NCBI GenBank assembly: GCA_964658305.1
Contig: OZ210885.1
Location: 6,572,001 to 6,636,000 of the forward strand
From: Leptogorgia sarmentosa
Taxonomy: Eukaryota
Direction: 5' to 3'
Length of the DNA: 64,000 nt
In this document: one piece after another, positions 1 to 12,348 of the stretch
Numbering within the stretch: position 1 is the first letter of the stretch
Layout of the letters: every line of letters begins with the position of its first letter
Program-made: the position numbers and the translations under genes
Notes under the pieces: model-generated
The model's database searches: none
Seen by the model: the letters and a program-made list of their open reading frames with translations, nothing else
Told to the model about the DNA's origin: nothing

Positions 1-190
1 TAGGATAATAATACTAAATATGTACAACGTTTTTTGCCAACAAAACGTGTGAAAAAGTCGAAAAAAAACGAAAAGTTTCTCTTAATTTGCTGTGTCTCTA
101 TGCTGGATGCCTGTTGCCGTGCAAAAATTACCGTTCGAAATTATGAATACGGATCCTATTGGTGGGCTGTTTTGTCGGTTTATTTATAAC
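1..190. repeat. Partial copy of the interspersed repeat found inside the 36619-37368 element
   Basis: 1-190 aligns by eye to 37102-37262 (caacaaaacg.gtgaaaaagtcgaaaaaa...atgctggatgcct...ttttgtcggtttatttataac). Confidence 0.75.
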
Positions 191-334
191 CAATAGGAAT
201 GCGTATTGAATCTGATGTGAATCTTCGTCATTCATCACAATACTGCACTAATAACGCTTCTTTTAAGAACCACCAAATCTCAAAAAAGAATAAAAACAGT
301 TATCTTGATCAAATTTTGTACACGCCATAACTCT

Positions 335-870
335 CCTTTAGGTTTCACATGCATTAGAAATCCTTTAGGTTTCACATGCATTCCCTACATAAGAGGCGTA
401 TCCGAACAAACAAAATATGTGTTATGTAATGCAGGTGTACTAACAGCATACAAGCCTATGCCAAGTCTGGGTGACATATTTGGAAAGGCGGAAGACAAAC
501 TAGCAGACTCTGAAATAAAGGGTATCATCTATAAGTTTGAATGCCCAGACTGCCCATTCACTGAGCACAATCCAGGTGTACGGCCAGAAATAAAGTCTGC
601 AATTAAAGATCATGCAGAAACTACAGGACATGAGACTTCTATGGAGAATGCTAAGATCATAGAGAAAAGAGTGCAAAATACACACAAGAGGCTCTTCCTT
701 GAATCTCTGCACTCAGTGTTGGACAAAAGATCAACAAATGAACATAAACATTTCCACAATTTACATGCCATTAGTGCAGTCATGTAACGATAATGACACT
801 ATATAATGTTCTGTCAGCTATAGAACTTTGAAGAAGGTTGCAGTTAGCAGCCGAAAATTCAGTATATATT
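335..870 (+). mobile_element. Penelope-like element 3' fragment (GIY-YIG endonuclease region, internally deleted)
   Basis: ORF 305-787 has IPYIRGVSE...GIIYKFECPDC...SAIKDHAETTGH...KRLFLES; 21-bp duplication cctttaggtttcacatgcatt at the 5' junction. Confidence 0.8.
826..862 (+). ncRNA. Degenerate hammerhead-ribozyme-like motif downstream of the Penelope ORF
   Basis: tTGAAGA-a-ggttgc[agtta]gcagcc-GAAA: stem II between CUGANGA-like and GAAA core boxes; core C replaced by T. Confidence 0.45.
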
Positions 871-1299
871 TTATATATAGACAGTATATGAATAGAATTA
901 ACCACTCATTTTCGATATCTTTATTGCACTAACGTTTTTGCATGTTGCTCTTCAGGTGCTAAGTGTATACTGAATGCATACTAGCACTCCCCATCTTTGC
1001 ATACTAATTACTTCCACCGCCATATAGGTGAGATAACCTACTTGCAAATGCTCTTCCATGCAATGTTCAACATAACATAGCATTCATAGTCGATTCTTGG
1101 AGCCTAAATGACATCTGGGATATAAAAAGGTGATGACATGGGCTCATGGACGAATCAAGGAAGACAGAAACTCAAGGGAGTATGGCATAAAAATACGATA
1201 TCTACCGACAATCGTTCACCCATGGAGACCTGACATCGCTGAAAAAGTACTTGGTCTATCTTCAAGATGAGAATGGCGAACTGTGCAGGTACATGTTTG

Positions 1300-2062
1300 T
1301 GCAATATGTTTTTACAGGAGGAGAAACCTAAGTCACCTTGAGGCAACATGGAAGTCCAAAAAATTACCAGCGACCATACAAAGGAACAATGGCAAGCATA
1401 CTCAAAGCAATTACGGATAAGGACGTAAAACCAAGTGAGGTCATGCACAAAATAATCGAAGAAAGAGGAGGTATTGAACGAGTTGGTTCATCTGGTGAGT
1501 ATCCCTGAAACCGCGGTCAGATCAATCGTGCACGTAATAGCTCAAAAAGCAAAATTGTCTACCACTCGAATGACCCACTGGTGCAGATTTCGAAAGAGCA
1601 ACAACTGGGGAATAAAGCTGATTGGTTTGTCCGAGACGTAAACATATCAAACGAACAGACAATCTTTCTGGCCAACAAGCAGCAACTTCTAGACATAGAA
1701 CAATTTTGCACAAATCCTGAACGAATCTTGTTTTTTTCTATTGATGCAACATTTAATGTTGCGACGTATTTTTTACATTTGCTACGTACCGAAAACCTGT
1801 TGCTGGAAACTAACCAAGGCGTTAACCCCACTGTAAAATACCGCCCAACTACATCAGGTGTCCTTGTGGTTCGCACGGATGGTCAGGAGAATTTATGGAA
1901 AGCGATGTCTAGCGTATTTTCCGATACCATTCACATACGATGCGACATGCACCTTAAGGACAATGTTAAATGCAAGTTGTCTGATCTGAAACTCGATTCT
2001 ATTGCTGCTCGTGAGATAACACATGATATATTTGGCTGTACTTCAGATGATGTGAATGAAGG
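1300..2062 (+). pseudogene. Mutator-like (MULE) transposase fragment
   Basis: FSIDATFNV, RTDGQENLWKAMSSVF, HIRCDMHLKDN match the MULE D..T / TDGE / CxxH pattern; stops and deletions present. Confidence 0.65.
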
Positions 2063-2792
2063 TATTTTCATTGTTAATAATTATGTTACATTGTTAATGA
2101 TGTACATTGATTTTTATGTTAATAACTAGGAACAATTTGCATGCACTGTTGATTTACTGAGAATTTTGTGATGTGTGGAATTACAAAGGCATTGCAGAGG
2201 CCTTTGCCAATGCTGCACATGCACTGTTTTTGCAAAATGTTGTAAATGTGGCTCACTAATGGTACATTGTTCTGTGATATATGCCAATGGTGTGATATAT
2301 GCCAAGTATGTACCAAATATGCAAACTCTTTCATTTCTTAATTTTTTTTTCGAAGTTACTCTAGCTACCGTCCCTGCTTACAGCTGCGGTCATAATCATC
2401 ATATTACTTATATTTCTCATGCTATTTTTGCGGATTTTCGCTATGTTTATTGTGTTTTTGATAGTGTAATAACTTAGCAGGTTATTCTATAAGACTTCTG
2501 ATAAAAGTCACTTATTTTTCATTGCAAAATCCGCCAATGAAAGTGTATTAAATAATTGGTTCGGAAACATCTGCTTTGCTAGCGTTGTAATCCCCAACGA
2601 ATCCCAAGGATTTCAAAATACCAGCATCTAATGTGAATTCAAACTAATCACGCGCAATAATTTACCTGGTGGAAGTAAGTTCTGGATCAAATACAACAGA
2701 TATTCTGCGGTGGTGAGAACTGCGTGTAAATAATCACCCACACAAGTGTCGTTAGAACATTGCGACATTAATAGGCCATCCGCTGCTCGCAT

Positions 2793-2904
2793 TGTAGGGC
2801 ACAATGTGTAGGGCACAATGTGTAGGGCACAATGTGTAGGGCACAATGTGTAGGGCACAATGTGTAGGGCACAATGTGTAGGGCACAATGTGTAGGGCAC
2901 AATG
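2793..2904. repeat. Minisatellite, 8 perfect copies of TGTAGGGCACAATG (14 bp)
   Basis: Read directly; no spacers between units. Confidence 0.97.
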
Positions 2905-3100
2905 GTGTGTTTTGGATGGCGAAGTGAGTGGGAAACGTTTCGAGTTCATAACTGAAGACAAAGGCAAGCAGTTGTTGAATAGTGAAGAACTGGACGTGCA
3001 AAGAGACTTGTTCTACCATCATAAGTGCTATCAAAAGTTTAGGAATAAACAACTAATTGAACAGGTGGTGAAACATGTAGCCAAACGCAGGCGAAAATGA
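2905..3100 (+). pseudogene. Possible Academ-like transposase N-terminal fragment
   Basis: FYHHKCYQKFRNKQLIEQV (YHxxCY motif), similar to the 36007-36370 fragment. Confidence 0.3.
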
Positions 3101-3393
3101 TCACAGCAGGAAGGCAGAACAACTTCAACCACCAAGAAAATCTAGACGGAGCTCAGTCTATAGTGAAGGAAGCACTTCGTCTGGCGGCAGTCGACAAAGA
3201 ATTGGAATACTGCCACAAGTTTGCATCATTTGTAAAAAGGAGCATTTCTGCATTGCTATGCTTTTATTTTGGCCTAATGTCAGTAATAAATGAATCCAGT
3301 ATTTATGATTCTTTGTCTTCAGCACAATGTTTAGTTTTTGAAATTGTGAATTATTCATATATCGTGATTTTTCAACGCAAATTATTCATTGGG

Positions 3394-3656
3394 ATGCCTC
3401 CCGTCCGCCGCAGAAACGCTAAAGGACATTTAACCAGGGAAAGCTCCTCCAACACAAACCTAGTCGATGGGAACACGGACAGCCTATGTCGTCAATGTGC
3501 TGAAAAAAGATTGGCAAGCTCCGGACGGCGAAACGCCCTAATTTCCCTGCTTCAACGACATGCCGCAAGTGCGAACACAACTGTAGCTGCCGAAAATATC
3601 CCGTCTACGTCGACTTCACCTCAACCTGATGACCAGTCACCGCCGCCTTTCTCTGA
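3394..3656 (+). mobile_element. DIRS/Ngaro retrotransposon gag 5' part (SAP-like helix), interrupted by Harbinger-1
   Basis: MPPVRRRN...LCRQCAEKRLASSGRRNALISLL...PPPFSE resumes in frame at ~6657 as EEHLAQIQSIV. Confidence 0.7.
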
Positions 3657-3954
3657 GACCCTGTTTACACTAGAGCAAAAGATTTCGGATTCATCATGAA
3701 ACCGAAATGTTTTAGTATCGGATTCATGTAAGTGTTTACACATACAGCGACGAATCCGATTGAAAATCATCTCGGTTGTAGGCCGTATCCGGAAACTTTG
3801 CATCCGAAAAAAAAAAAGTAGAAACTTTGTATCCGAAAACATTTGAATCCGCGACAATTCTATGTGTAAATGGTTCTAAACGGAAATTTGAATTGATCCG
3901 CAATGTTTTTCGCCCGCGCAAATATGTATTTGCAGTTTTACAATAGAATTCAAC

Positions 3955-5217
3955 ATGGCGAACATTATTGTTGTGTTGTTGTCTTTCGTTTCATGTTTAA
4001 TTTTTCTGCAAGGAAGTATTGTAAATTTTGTAATGGCGACAAGCATATATTTAAGAAGGCAAAAGTTATTGCAAAATGCTATTATAACCTCTGCAAAAGT
4101 CGTACGAAAACAAAGAAAGTGGCAAAACCTCGAAGATTATGGTTAAGACCAGGCAGAACCTCTACTTGGTGGGACAATATGCTAAACGGTGTTTGTCCAG
4201 ATAGCGAACGGAAGGATAACTTTCGGATGTCGCGTTGTAACTTCGAAGAACTCTGCGATGATCTTCGACCTCTGCTTGAACGACACACAACAAGAATGAG
4301 AAAACCGTTATCAGTAGAAACTCAAGTTGCAGTAACTCTTTATTACCTGGCAGACGAGGGGAGATACAGAAGAGTTGCGAACGCTTTTGGGGTATCGAGA
4401 TCTTCCGTATCAATCGCTGTCAGAAAGGTTTGTGAATCAATTACAGAATATCTTGGCCCCTTATATTACAGAATATCTTGAAAACTTCCAGCTAATGAAC
4501 AGGAAGTACACGACCTGGTCAGTAAATTTTATCAGTTCCATGGTTTTCCACAATGCATTGGCGCAGTGGATGGTACTCATGTAGCTATCAGAGAACCCAC
4601 CGAAAATGCCAGTGATTTCATTAACAGAAAGGGGTATACCTCTATAAATGTACAAGCTGCCAGTAATTATAACTACAGATTCATTGATGTGGTAGTAAAA
4701 TGGCCTGGCAGTGTGCATGATGCAAGGATCTTCAAAAATTCAACACTGAATGCAAAGCTCAGAGATGGAACAATTCCTTCATGTCCTAAAGTTATTGTTG
4801 AAGGGGAAACTGCTGTGCCCATTTGTATTTTAGGTGATCCTGCTTATCCGTTGATGTCTTATGTTCTGAAAGAGTTTGCCAGTGGAGGGAGCACACCAAC
4901 AGAACAATATTTTGGCTATAAATTATCATCTGCAAAAATGGTCATTGAATGTTCCTTTGGGCGACTGAAAGGACGATGGGGAGTCCTTAGACGTGCAATG
5001 GATATAAAGTTAGATGACTTGCCAAGTGTGATATTTGCATGCTTTGTGCTCCATAATTTCTGTGAATGCAGGTGAAACAATTACAGAAGATAGAGTGCAA
5101 GAAGCATGTAGTTATGACAGAGAATTTTAACCCCCATGTCACTCTCCAGGTTATGGATCAGTAAATGGGGCAGCTGGGAAGAAAGTGAGAAACATTTACT
5201 CAAAGTTCTTTGACTAA
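3955..5217 (+). pseudogene. Harbinger (HARBI1-like) DDE transposase, frameshifted
   Basis: [81 protein letters not shown]. Confidence 0.92.
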
Positions 5218-5598
5218 AATAGATTTAACTTTTGTCCATCTGATTGTAAAACTGTATAACAGATGTGTTTTTGAATTCATTGCAAGCCTTGCAGAAATCT
5301 TGAAATGTTATACTGTTTTAAAGAAATAAATTTACCAAGAGCAACTACAAAAGTTCTTTACTATGTGTTATAAAATTAGGGAGGGGCAGGTATGTGCATT
5401 CATTTGGCTGCTATATCTTGCCCTCACAGGTGAAAAATACTCAACTGCACACAATATTTCATTAAAAAAACAACCTTTATTTCAACTTTGTTGATATACT
5501 TATACCATGTACAACTGACAACTGAGAGAAACTAGAGTGAGGTTGTAAAATGGTCTTGTAAAATGCTTATGGCCTGTACTAATTCTATGCTATGTATA

Positions 5599-5793
5599 CA
5601 AGGTGTCTCAAAAAACCCCAAAAGCATTGAAATAGGACATTCAAAATTAACAATTCAGCGTTAACGCTCAGTATTACCATATATTATGACAGTTGTGTCA
5701 ATCTTTCATGCACTCATGGGTTTAGCTTACTGCTAGCTAGGGCATTCAAACAATATGCTCTTTCAATGCTTTTGGTTTTCCTGAGGCATCCTG
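5599..5793. mobile_element. Tc1/mariner-type MITE inserted in Harbinger-1
   Basis: TA|caaggtgtctcaaaaaaccccaaaagcattgaaa ... tttcaatgcttttggttttcctgaggcatcctg, imperfect TIRs. Confidence 0.6.
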
Positions 5794-6012
5794 TTGATCA
5801 AAAGAATAGAATTACCATGCAATGATGCAAACAAAATGTGGTACAGCCCCTCTTTGGATTCTCACTGCAATTTGCAATCAGTTGCCTGAATTGTCTGTCA
5901 TATCAGGGCAAATCAATACATAACCAAACAAAATATAAATAACATTAATATAACATAACGTTCATAACTAAGGCATGATTTGGTCTGGTTGGGGGTACTG
6001 ATGGTCATGCTA

Positions 6013-6656
6013 TTATTGCTGACCATGCCCTAGTTGCTGATGAAGGTGGTACAATCCAAGTTCATGTAATGTGCTTTGATCAGAACCAGTGCTATTAGGT
6101 CCTCTACCATATAGAGCCTGCTGGCCACCATTATTCTGCTGCCAAGGCGAGGATGCAACCATACCACTACCAATCATGCCAACCATAGTTGAGACTGTCT
6201 GACTTAGGTTTTCCATTGTTGCTGCAAACCGAGCCATGGTATATTGGTATTGGCGGTCATTCTCTTTCATATCTGATATCATTTCCTTCTTTATGGTTAA
6301 TTCTTCTTTCAGCTCTGATAGCTGTTGCTGATCCACATTTTTTTGTTTTACTTCATTTACTGTTTCGTTGTTCCTTGATGTGTTCTATGAGGCTTCTTCT
6401 CTTGGTTTTCTCTGTTTCCTCATCATCGTCTTTATCAGGATCAGCTACATTCTCTGGTCCTGTTTCCACAACTGTGATCTCCTGATTGGATTCTTGTTGA
6501 GGTGTAGGTGTGAGGTGTAGGTGTGAGGTGTAGGTGTGAGGTGTAGGTGTGAGGTGTGATCACAACTGTGATCTCTGTGCCATTTTCATCATCTTCGACA
6601 GTTTTTGTTGTGTCGTTTTTCACAACTGCCATATCTCCAGCATCTAAACCATTCTC
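6013..6656 (-). pseudogene. C-terminal part of the Harbinger-1 accessory (Myb/SANT-type) gene
   Basis: Coiled-coil DQQQLSELKEELTIKKEMI...MENLSQTV converging on the transposase; Myb domain itself absent. Confidence 0.6.
6501..6559. repeat. 13-bp tandem repeat GGTGTAGGTGTGA x4.5
   Basis: Read directly; bracketed by a 15-bp direct repeat cacaactgtgatctc (6467-6481, 6561-6575). Confidence 0.9.
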
Positions 6657-8830
6657 TGAGGAACATTTGGCGCAAATACAGTCTATCGTTACGCGAAGTA
6701 TAGAGCAATCGGTGACCGTGATAGCCACTAATGCAGCCCGGGCTGCTGTCGAAGCCATGTCTTCAATGCCCCAGCAAAGCCCCGAGAACCGAAGCCCAGT
6801 TGACATAGTCGAGACCGCGGTTAGTACGACTAACTTCAGTTTACCCTCAGCAACGAGCGTCACATCGCAGCCCAGCGGCCCTAACCATGTCCTAACCACC
6901 GTGCCCTATGGCAATGGATTCCACGAGGTTCTGGCGCCATACATCAAACGAATCTAAGCAGGTGAGTTTTTTGATTTGTCTAAGCTATTACCTAAGAATA
7001 TGTCGACAAATAACCTGTCAGAAGATGCCATCATATTGACACTTGAGAATTCAGTGATCAAGGCACCTCAGCCTACGGCCAAGATCACGATTTATGACGT
7101 ACCAATATCCTATCCGCGCACAGGAGCTCCTGCAGTACATGTCTTTGATTCGCCATGCTGCCCATACGCACCAAGGGCTGAGATGGTGTATTTATGACCA
7201 CAAAGTTTAGATCTAAAGCTGCACTTAACCCGAGCCTCGACTGGTCCAAGATAGATCAACAGCTGTGGTTGATGATATTTACAACAACCTCGGATATGCA
7301 ATATCAGCAATATCCTATTTTCTCAAATGGACCCCACTACCAGGTGTCCTCAGGGGGCACAAGAGGTGCCTGTTGCCACATGTACAATGGAAAGGGCCAT
7401 TGTGCAAGAGAAGCCTGTAACTACCGCCATGTATGCAACAAATGTCAGGGACCACACCCGGGATGTCATTGCCCCTCTGCCCAAACAACCACATCAGCCG
7501 GAAACGAAGAACGAAACTGAGACAACAGCTCCTCCCGTAGAAAGCGAGAATGACCCGCTATCAACAACTGTATCAGTCCTTGAACTTCATTTTGCCTGCA
7601 AAGTAGCCCCCTTGGGCGTCCCTTTTTACAACGCATGATTGCGCTAACACAGAATGTGGTAAAACAACATCACATCAAACTTAGTGCTGGTTTCTTTCAA
7701 GATTTAAAAATGTGGAAAGAGTTTATTTCTCATTGGAACGGATCAAATTTTTTCCTGTCCTCCACATGGCATGATACTAATGCTTTAAACCTGCATACAG
7801 ATGCTTCTGGCACCTTAGGTTATGGAGGGATTTTTGGGAATAAATGGTTTCAGGGAAAATGGGAACCCCACCAAATGTTAGGCCAACCAGATAATGAGTC
7901 TGTGGTGAGCATCATCAATACAAAACGCTCAAAAATACCTAGAATGATGGACCTACTGCGTCATTTAACACTCTTAACCCCTGCATAATAATATATATAT
8001 TTGCGCTGTGCACATCCCAGGGAAACATAACGACATAGCAGATGCAATTTCTCGTTTTCAGTACCAGAGGTTTCAAAATCTGGCACCAGAGGCAGACACC
8101 AAACCCTCTCCAGTTCCAGCGATTGTAGTGACTCTTTAAATAAGGATATTGAGAAATATATGGAGCTGTCAATTGCCCCCACAAGCCAGCAAACCTATAG
8201 TTCAGGAGAGAAACGGTTTGTGAACTTTATAAATTTATATAAGCGAAAACAAGTGGAAGAATGTCTGCCTGCTAGTGAACCACACTTTTGACTGAATTCG
8301 TTGCTTTCCTCGCCAAATCAATAAAATATGCATAAATTAAAACATATTTAGCAGCCCTACGTCAATTCCACATTCGCTGTGGTATTGAGCTAAACTTGAA
8401 CAAAATGCTACGCTTACAGCTTGTTCTCAGAGGGATAAAACGCTCACAGGGACAACAACTCCGGATAGGCGCTACATACTCAGAAGTCTGTCCAGTGCAA
8501 GCCATGCTAAACTACACCCGGCTACATCCAACCGTTCATTTTTGCATCTAGAAACCTCTTACTAAGCAAAATCTAACCTTTGAAACCCGAAAGCTGCTTA
8601 ACCAGGCGGGGTTGAATGCATCAAATTATGCCGGCCATAGCTACCGGATCGGTGCTGCTACAACAGCTGCTTTGGTGCTGCATGTGGCAAAGGGCCTACA
8701 AAGGCTGGAAGCCTCTCACACAGCCCCCCGAGGTCATCATGTGCCATATTTGTTGTTGGTGCCCCGTGCCCTTCTGTAAATTTAGCCCAAAATGATAGCG
8801 GCCGCTACGGCCTACACACACTATCGACCT
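6657..8830 (+). mobile_element. DIRS/Ngaro retrotransposon remainder: gag with Cys/His finger, RT mostly deleted, RNase H, tyrosine recombinase
   Basis: GEFFDLSKLLP; YDHKFRSKAA..DWSKIDQQLW; CHMYNGKGHC..C.YRHVCNKCQGPH; LHTDASGTLGYG..DNESVV..HIPGKHNDIADAISR; CPVQAM..YAGHSYRIGAATTAA (8133-8672). Confidence 0.9.
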
Positions 8831-9416
8831 AAACTTTGTTTGATTTCATTTCTCGGTATAATACGGTATACAGGGGTATATAAGGGTAAAGATTAGGATT
8901 AGCCCCAGTAGGATGTATTTGTTATTAATCAGTGCGTGATTGTAGGCCCTATAATTACACTAGCAATTTGTCCTGAGATTTTTCTCTTTTGTCGGTGTAA
9001 ACAAGCTTCTATTTTTACTGCGATTGGTCGCGATAACAGCTAGCTTTTTATCCTTTTTTAAAACTTTGGCAAAGTAACCGGTTAACAGTAACAGGCTGCT
9101 TGGAATTAATACAGACTCTTGATTACTGCACTACAATCATATTCATATTTCGTGTCACCCTTTGGTGTCACAAACGCAACTGTTGTTCTAATCAGGTTGT
9201 TTATGACATTTTAACTTACACTTGTCTGGCTTCCTAGCTGTCGTCATCATGTCAAATGTAATCTGAGTTGTCGGACACGTAGGTGGCGTGGATTGCACGT
9301 AATTGCACCATAGCGAGAACTGTTCTCCAGCAGTTCTCCCCCGAGGCTAAACTGATATGTTTTGCCTCGGGCCGTAGCAGAAATACAATTTTGGTTGCAT
9401 TTAATTCGTCATTGCC

Positions 9417-11062
9417 ATGAGTGGTCGCAAAAGAGACAGTGGTCGCACTGACTATTTATCTGGCCATCAAAAACGCAAGAAGAAACAACAACGAGAAGAG
9501 CAAGAGAAGAAGGAGCAAGCGCAGATGCGCCGTCTTGACGACTTTTACATGACAAGCTCCAATCCAGGTTGTACTGAATCTGGTGATGCCTTCTCTGCTT
9601 TGACCACTTCCAGTTTGTGTGTTACAAAGGAAGATCGTTCGGACGTGGTTCAGGCGGTTGGTGAAAGCTCCATAGCCGTCGACGTTGAGGGCAAGACGGC
9701 TGTTGATAAAGATGTCACTGTCAGTGAAACCGCAACCGAAGAAATTCAGAATGAGGCCAAGGATAACAAAGAGTCGAAAGAACAAGCATTGTTAGCATCT
9801 GGCTGTCACTGGAACAATTTCCCAAACGGTCTTGGTGCTTGGCCCGATGAACTACCCGATGATATGCATAGCTTCTGGATTGCACGTGGAAGTGATGACT
9901 CTCAACACATTGACAATCTCGGTAAATTTCGCGAGTCAGTCAAAAAATGTGGAAGCGAAAAGATTGATCGCTACTGTCACCTTTCATATTTCACGAAAAT
10001 TCCTCGCACAGGTGAGAAAATTGACCGCAAATGGTTGTGCTACTCGAAGATAACCGGACGGATATACTGTTCTGCATGCAAAGTAATGCCTCGGAAATTC
10101 AGCTCTCAGTTTGTCACCGGATACAACGACTGGAAACATGCAGGTGAACAGATCTCCCGTCATGCAGGCCATCACGAAGCTAGGATTTCCCTGCGCACAC
10201 AGAAGTTGAGAGGGGCCACCGTTGACGCAGCATTGGTTAAACAATACGAGGATGAAGTGTGTTATGGTCGAGACTTGCTAAAGCGACTGCTTAGCGTTGT
10301 TACGTTTTTGTGCGAGCGTGGTCTGGGCCTTTTTGCAGTAAAGACGAGCTGGTTGGCTCAGTACATAATAGGAATGACTTAGGGATTGTTGAGCTTCTGC
10401 CTGAATATGACCCCTTTCTGCCCCAGCACATTCAGGTGCATGGCAACCAAGGCAACGGCCATGCCTCCTATTTGTCTTCGTATATTTGCGAAGAACTTAT
10501 AGAACTCATGGGCAAACAAGTTCTTTCCACCATTGTAGAAGAAGTCAAATCATCTATCCACTATTCCGTATCTGTTTATTAGACCCCGGATGAAACGCAG
10601 GTGGATCAACTAACAGTAACAGTCTGATATGTTACATCCACTGGTCCTGTTGAGCGTTTTACGTTTCTACCAATGCATAGTCACACTGGAGCCCAAATCG
10701 CCGATCACTTGCTGAAGTTTCTGGCTGATCAGGGCATTTCTATTGAACTGTGCCGTGGACAATCGTACGACAATGTGTCGAACATGAGTGGAAAGTACAA
10801 CAGAGTGCAAGCTGTTTTTCGAACATATTCACCATATGCCGAATATGTTCCTTGTTCTGCTCATTTGCTCAATTTGGGTTGGAAACACGCTGCAGAAGCT
10901 TGTTTGGAGGCCAGTGAAATGTTCAACCTGATTCAGAGTCTCTATAACTTCTTTTCAGCATCCACTCATCGCTGGGCAATTCTAAAGGGGGGGGGGGGGG
11001 ATCAGCCAAGGGCCCCAGTGACCTTTGTACCAGGGGCCCCACGCAAGTTTGATCCGCCCCTG
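9417..11062 (+). mobile_element. hAT transposon (ZMYM1/DUF4371-type) with degraded transposase and right terminus
   Basis: RKWLCYS..IYCSACK..GYNDWK (TTF finger), YLSSYICEELI, CRGQSYDNVSNMSG, VPCSAHLLNL; ends ...gatccgcccctg with gggccc subterminal motifs. Confidence 0.85.
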
Positions 11063-11345
11063 CATGTATTTATGACACTCAGAGTGAAACAAATCTTAGT
11101 AGATGTGGCGGAAGTGCCACTCAAAACCGAAATGAATGCATCAACTCTATGGTTTGGATTCATTGTCCAAAACATAAATTTAATGGCAGGAAAATAGTTC
11201 TATTTGCAGTAGCATCAGCCGTATGTCACTACCATGGTGGTGCAGTTTCTAGAACAAAAGTGGACAGGAGGGCAGCATACAGACAAGTTTTGTCATTCTA
11301 AGCACAGGAAAAGATTGGCTAAGTCAGACCTGCAGGTAACGGAAA
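11063..11345 (+). pseudogene. Mutator-like transposase C-terminal fragment (not in ORF track)
   Basis: Frame from 11101 reads RCGGSATQNRNECINSMVWIHCPKHKFNGRKIVLFAVASAVCHYHGG (TQNxNE..N..W..CPK motif). Confidence 0.7.
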
Positions 11346-11597
11346 AATTTAAATGGCGCTGTGAAGGAGTTCAACAATTGAGAACACAAAAGCATCGAGT
11401 CAAAAACTTTACCAAGCATATAACGTTTCTGCAACAAACATTACTCACGTTTTGAAATCCTGTTGATTTTAAAAATGGAATGATATTACACATTTTCGAA
11501 ACGGAAGGTCAAAGCAGCGTATTCGAAAGATTCGAAGGAAAACAAACAAGTTTGTTATTTTCCGCAGTTAGCTAGATTCCCATGGGAAATATGCAGC

Positions 11598-11660
11598 TAT
11601 GGTCAGCAAATGCGCAAGTATGGTTAGCCAATGCGCAAGTATGGTTAGCAAATGCGCAAT
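11598..11660. repeat. 21-bp tandem repeat tatggttagcaaatgcgcaag x3
   Basis: Read directly. Confidence 0.85.
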
Positions 11661-12348
11661 GCGGTTTCCAAGCCTAGATACGCTATATCCGTTGTGAAAA
11701 ACATAGAGTTGTTGTTTGCTCAGTAAATTCCGGTTGTTTTTGCGTTAAAACAGTTTACATAGCCTTCAGTGTTTATTCGGCCAGAAGTCGTTAGCGCGGA
11801 CGCTTGTGAGTAAGCAATAGTAGTTTGGGCTTCGTATTAGCCAAGTTCTATCCACGTTAAGAAGACTATATCTATCCCGGCTTAGGAAGAAGCCACGCTA
11901 AGTCTACGCTGTAAAAGGAGCTAAGTTTGGTGTGTTAGCAAACCAAATTCGAATCGAATTAACGAATCATCCAATAACCGAACAACCGAATTATCTATCT
12001 ACCGAACATCTATCTATACAAAGACAATATACCACGATAAACGACCCCAAAGAGGCAATTTGCGAAGACTTGACTCCACGTCAAACCTACAACATTGCCT
12101 GGGTTATATTTCCACACTCTATTTTCTACAAGTCGTCCTATCGTGATATCATTGTTTGTACATACTTCAGACCCGTACATATATCCTGTCATCTATTCAT
12201 TAAAGTGTTATAATTGTGTTGTGAAATTTTCACCTTCGAGTTCGATTTATTCAACGCACCACGTCTAACCCCAGTAGATTCATTTGGATTTTGGTCAATC
12301 ATTCGTTTCTATCTGAGTGAAGCTACAATTTCAGGGGTGTTATTTTAA

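Larger units (their letters stand above)
3657..6656 (+). mobile_element. PIF/Harbinger transposon 1 (right end deleted)
   Basis: Left terminus gaccctgtttacact after TGA; transposase on + and converging accessory-gene tail on -; no right TIR found. Confidence 0.85.

Noticed and set aside
2793..2904. CRISPR-like array
   Set aside because: Head-to-tail 14-mers with no spacers, eukaryotic context, no cas genes; the overlapping repetitive ORFs are artefacts.
3097..3699. 200-aa ORF as a real gene
   Set aside because: Chimera of upstream sequence, the DIRS gag start and the Harbinger TIR.
11690..12285. Possible solo LTR
   Set aside because: Composition is suggestive, but I could not define TG..CA ends, a TSD or a second copy.
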